Below are positions 51,026-56,075 of a stretch of 56,075 bases of DNA, piece after piece. Made by a program: the position numbers and the translations under genes. Every line of letters begins with the position of its first letter. Positions within the stretch are counted from its first letter, which is position 1. Origin of the DNA: Octopus bimaculoides (lineage: Eukaryota); contig NC_068982.1 of assembly GCF_001194135.2 (NCBI RefSeq), positions 101,304,686 through 101,360,760 on the forward strand, in the 5' to 3' direction. The notes under the pieces are model-generated. The model was not told the origin of the DNA and did no database searches. It saw only the letters and a list, made by a program, of their open reading frames with translations.

Positions 51026-51475
51026 AAGGTGACAAGCTGGCAGAATCGTTAGCACGCTGGACGAAATGCTTAGCGGTATTTCGTGCGTTCTTTATGTTCT
51101 GAATTCAAATTCCGCCGAGTTCGACTTTGCCTTTCATTCTTTCGGAGTCGATGAGATAAGTACCAGTTGAACACTGGGGTCGATGTAATCGACCACCCCT
51201 TCTCTTAAATTTCAAGCCTTGTGCCTATAGTTGCAAGGATTTTTATAACAATGACAAAGGCGGTGTGTTGGGAGAATCGTTAGCATGCCGGGCAAAATGC
51301 TAAGAGGCATTTTACCTGTCTTCACGTTCTGAATTCAAATTTCGCCGAAGTCGACTTTGCCTTTTATCCCTTCGACGTCGATAAAATATGTACCAGCTGA
51401 ATACTGGGGTCGAAGCAATCGACTTACCCCCTCCCCCAGAATTGCTGGCTTTGTACCAAAGTTTGAAACCAATAT
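51026..51475 (+). mobile_element. Two tandem family C SINEs (51026-51240 and 51258-51475)
   Basis: Both have the gagaatcgttagca head, gaattcaaatt, gtcgactttgcc and ctggggtcga; the first head follows (ATT)n at 50948-51024. Confidence 0.85.
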
Positions 51476-51863
51476 TATAATACCCACATGCTATATTAGT
51501 CAACAGGGATGTTGTCTTGAGGGTTGGTGGCAACAAACCTCCTCATATCTGAAGACTTTTTTAAAGAATTCTTAGAGAATACAGAATGTTCTTCTCTGTA
51601 GATTTACAATGCGAGTCTTAATTCCAATATCCTTTAAACTATTAGATAACAGTTTCGGTCTTGTGCCAAGTATAACAATTACTACAGGAAAATAATTTTC
51701 ATTTTGTTTTTCCACAATTTCTGCAAATCTGTGACTAGGTTCTGATGTTGCTCAATTGTTTCATTTTCGTTGGTATCCACTCTATTATAATACGATGTTG
51801 CAATTTCTATGATCGGTCACGGCTATGGTACTTGCAAATTGTTTGGTCTATGACTACAACAAC

Positions 51864-51914
<51 letters not shown>

Positions 51915-52289
51915 GCTAGTCTAATCTAGTGACCCTAGAGACGCTCATGGGCTGATTATCTCCCCTGTCAGTGTAAATATATTGCGCGCTTCTTACAGCA
52001 TTAAGAGTTTTGAACTCTTATTTCTTACAATGTGACGATAAAAATTTTCCACCACGCACAAACTAACACTGACCACTTCCCAGCCCCACCCATCTTCCAC
52101 ACACCTATAATGCACACACGCACACGTCAAGGTCACCAGCCCTCTTCCACACGCATATACATGCTCTCTTATACATACGCACGCGCACCTTCGTTTTGGG
52201 ATCACCTACTACTTTATTATCTCCCCTTCTTCCTAGCTCTCCTATGTGACACCTCTGTCCGGCATCCGCCATGATAGATCGCTAGCCAC

Positions 52290-52465
52290 TACACATTCTT
52301 TATTTTCTCTCCCTGTTTCTTTCTGTGTTCCTTTCTGTGGAAGAGCGTAGGCTCGAAACGTTAAAGACTTTTTCATTTCATATCCCGAGCGTTAAACTAA
52401 TATATATGTTTGTTGTCTACACCACCTGTCTTCGTCTTTTGTTGTGTTTTTTTTTTGTGAATTCT
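52290..52465 (+). mobile_element. Penelope-like terminal-repeat fragment
   Basis: Contains a hammerhead-like fold followed by a T-rich tail; family call inferred from the fold. Confidence 0.55.
52331..52366 (+). ncRNA. Minimal hammerhead-like motif with non-canonical CUGUGGA core
   Basis: cttt CTGTGGA a gagc-gtag-gctc GAAA cgt T aaag: stems I and II both perfect 4 bp, ACGT palindromic stem III. Confidence 0.6.
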
Positions 52466-52589
52466 TCCTCTATATAGGGAAAATTCAAGAGCACGTTATA
52501 TAATTAATTTTTGGAACGGTGAAACTTGAGGCAGATAAAGCTATAATCAATATAGTAAACTGGGTGTCCTCGGTAATTTTTCAGGTGCC

Positions 52590-52809
52590 ATGGAAAAACT
52601 GCGCAACAGACCAGTAAAGTTTATGTATAATAAATTGGTTATATGTCCTCAATACTCGAAATATTTTACCAATTTTTATACAAGTCCTGCTAATATCTAA
52701 TCCTAAAAATACAGTAAGATTTTCTAAACATCGATTGGTTGTCGGGGTCCACACAATTAAAATAATAATCAAAGGGGTTCATAAGTAAAAAAATGATTGA
52801 GAACCCCTG
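52590..52809. mobile_element. hAT-type MITE, 3' part
   Basis: Ends gattgagaacccctg followed by ctctagaa; body matches 25960-26140. Confidence 0.7.
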
Positions 52810-53114
52810 CTCTAGAATAATAGGCCACTGTATTATTTTAAATATATTACACACATGCGCAGACAGAGTACTAGATGTTATGACTCATTTTCTCTGAAAA
52901 ATACGGAGCAAGCAACACCTAACCATGATGTAATAAGACAATAAACACCAAGTATTCTTGCCACATTTACAACGAATTTCAGAGAGTCAAGCACTCTCAT
53001 AAAATATTCTTCTGAAATAAAAGCCATAAATGTCATATCGATATTTCGACTAAATATTTCTGGTTTTCAAATTCAGTTTTGCTAATCTGTGTACAACCTA
53101 TATTTTTCTGTTAC

Positions 53115-53202
<88 letters not shown>

Positions 53203-53829
53203 TGCCGATGATATCACGTATTTAATTTTAAACATGAGTCTGCTCAGAACACGAATTCATTTTAGAAAAACTTTTTATAAATATATGCATTTATTTCAAT
53301 ATTCATAGTCAGTATATCTATTTTAGAATTTTGTCGTCTTAGTCATCTTTATATTTCAAAATATTATAGATTTAAACATGAATATATTTTCATATTTATC
53401 GAGTCCTCATACGTACACATACACACACACATACATACATACATACATACATACATACATACATACATACAAAGAATTTTCGACATTAATGAATGTATAA
53501 CATGCGAAGGTACCGTGAACGAAAATAGTGACTGGCGAATATTACACTGGCCTTAGAAAGTATAGCAATCGGAGTTCTACTTTTACAAAACAATATCCCA
53601 CAATGCATTTGCAGCCCCAGTAACGATACCAACATTCGGTCTCCTTGAATTATCTGTTGAATAAATTTACTCCATAGACAGTAAAACCCACAAGATCCTG
53701 ACCGGCTGGAAATTTCCACAGAAACTGTGATATCAACAGGTTATACCCAAGAAGAGATCAAGGAAAGCGAAGCTTGAGATTAATACATACAGCATTCGAA
53801 TATTATAGTATATGCAAAATAGCTGTAAA

Positions 53830-54600
53830 ATAAATATATAAACCAACCGCTGAAAAGCGACGGGAACAACATCGTATGTGTCGACACTAAGCTTCTCAAG
53901 AAGCACTCTCTTCCTGACAATATTCCGTACAATCCTAAAACAGCTGGGCTAACATACCCCAAGGAAGACCCGAACGGGAAACCTTAGCCTCAGCATAGGC
54001 ATGGCTAGGTTTCTCAAAGACTTGAATATGAGGACTATGTGTTTGCAATCCAAGAGTAAGAGATTGCAACAAAAGAGCTAATAAACAAGAATAACAAAAA
54101 GACACTAGGGATTGAGGGCCCAACATGCAACCAAAAAATGTCGATTATGTCATATTTCTGTGGAAGACGTTATGAGCAACTGGCCAAAAATCAATGCCAA
54201 TCGTTGTAGTTAAAACAATACACATCGAATATTGGTGGTGCAGTTCCATAAGATAACTACTAAGAACTTCTTCGAAACCTTCACCTTCCATACCCAGATT
54301 ATAAACTCATATTTACTCGTATGCCAATAAGTGGTGCACTTGGTCTTGCTAATGAATGCCTAAGTGACAATTTAGAAAAGTTAGGATTTTCAGAAAAAGA
54401 AAGCAACCAGCTGACACACACATTACAAATACAATATGTGAGCGGCACAGTAAAAGTATACAAGACTTTTCTTAAGTCACATATGTGACGTTATTTTCAT
54501 TCCAATGATGGAGCTTTGTACTTTAGTTAGAAACCAGATCCTTCCTTACACGTATACTTCGAATGCACAAAAATAGGGGACAAAACACGTTCTCATGCAC
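53830..54600 (+). mobile_element. Degenerate R4/Dong-like RLE LINE 3' fragment (second family)
   Basis: EDYVFAIQE*EIATKELINK, KCRLCHISVEDV, EYWW, ELLRNLHLPYPDYKLIF..PISGALG..LEKLGFSEKE..LQIQYVSGTVKVYKTFLK, stop at 54486-54488; 3' UTR runs into (CA)n. Confidence 0.8.
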
Positions 54601-55697
54601 ACACACACACGCACATACACGTAAGCATGCTCATATGCACACACTCATTATAAGAGACTTATAATTTGTTAGCACTGATATCTATCAATCTATCGATCTA
54701 TCAATCGATTTGTACATGTGTATATATAAATATATGACCATATATATNNNNNNNNNNNNNNNNNNNNNNNNNNNNNNNNNNNNNNNNNNNNNNNNNNNNN
54801 NNNNNNNNNNNNNNNNNNNNNNNNNNNNNNNNNNNNNNNNNNNNNNNNNNNNNNNNNNNNNNNNNNNNNNNNNNNNNNNNNNNNNNNNNNNNNNNNNNNN
54901 NNNNNNNNNNNNNNNNNNNNNNNNNNNNNNNNNNNNNNNNNNNNNNNNNNNNNNNNNNNNNNNNNNNNNNNNNNNNNNNNNNNNNNNNNNNNNNNNNNNN
55001 NNNNNNNNNNNNNNNNNNNNNNNNNNNNNNNNNNNNNNNNNNNNNNNNNNNNNNNNNNNNNNNNNNNNNNNNNNNNNNNNNNNNNNNNNNNNNNNNNNNN
55101 NNNNNNNNNNNNNNNNNNNNNNNNNNNNNNNNNNNNNNNNNNNNNNNNNNNNNNNNNNNNNNNNNNNNNNNNNNNNNNNNNNNNNNNNNNNNNNNNNNNN
55201 NNNNNNNNNNNNNNNNNNNNNNNNNNNNNNNNNNNNNNNNNNNNNNNNNNNNNNNNNNNNNNNNNNNNNNNNNNNNNNNNNNNNNNNNNNNNNNNNNNNN
55301 NNNNNNNNNNNNNNNNNNNNNNNNNNNNNNNNNNNNNNNNNNNNNNNNNNNNNNNNNNNNNNNNNNNNNNNNNNNNNNNNNNNNNNNNNNNNNNNNNNNN
55401 NNNNNNNNNNNNNNNNNNNNNNNNNNNNNNNNNNNNNNNNNNNNNNNNNNNNNNNNNNNNNNNNNNNNNNNNNNNNNNNNNNNNNNNNNNNNNNNNNNNN
55501 NNNNNNNNNNNNNNNNNNNNNNNNNNNNNNNNNNNNNNNNNNNNNNNNNNNNNNNNNNNNNNNNNNNNNNNNNNNNNNNNNNNNNNNNNNNNNNNNNNNN
55601 NNNNNNNNNNNNNNNNNNNNNNNNNNNNNNNNNNNNNNNNNNNNNNNNNNNNNNNNNNNNNNNNNNNNNNNNNNNNNNNNNNNNNNNNNNNNNNNNN

Positions 55698-56075
55698 ACC
55701 ACCACCACCACCACCACCACTACAACCACCACCACCTCCACCATCGACAGCAGCAATAGAAGCAATACCATTACCATCACTACTAGAACTACCATCATCA
55801 CCATCACCATCACTACTAGAACTACCATCACCATCACTATCATCACCATCGGCGTCACTACTAACACCACCACCAATAAACTTCCACGACGACGACCACT
55901 ACCACCATTATCATCATCAGGCTGCAGAAGTGAAACTACCATCACCACGTTCAACATCCCAGGCACGACAACGACCACTACCACCACCACCACCACCACC
56001 ACCACCACCATCAACACCATTATCATCAACATCAACAACAGCAGCAGAACCACTACCACGACTGCCTCCAGCACA
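55698..56075. repeat. (CAC)/(CAT)/(CAA) low-complexity trinucleotide tract
   Basis: Read directly; includes a short internal duplication actactagaactaccatca. Confidence 0.9.

Overview
Eukaryotic, AT-rich draft scaffold with 13 N-gaps and very dense microsatellites. The SINE families and repeat landscape look like a cephalopod (Octopus-like) genome; this is an inference from recalled repeat families, not a search result. No host protein-coding gene can be supported, and nearly all long ORFs in the track are translations of microsatellites or N-runs. Recognisable content is transposon debris: a Tc1 (DD34E) pseudo-transposase, mariner fragments and MITEs, hAT-type MITEs with 8-bp TSDs, a Helitron Rep N-terminal remnant, LINE fragments of four clades (RTE, CRE-like, R4/Dong-like RLE, Tx1/L1), three tRNA-derived SINE families and Penelope-like terminal-repeat fragments. 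The most interesting signals are: (1) six sequence-unrelated minimal type-I hammerhead-ribozyme-like folds, most with one or two core substitutions; (2) a nest of elements sitting in (TAA)n microsatellites around an R4/Dong-like LINE; (3) a GC-rich Tx1-like LINE inside a (CTAT)n microsatellite; (4) a 714-bp foldback element with an 8-bp TSD and a head-to-head TTAGGG/CCCTAA core. All protein and RNA assignments were made by eye.
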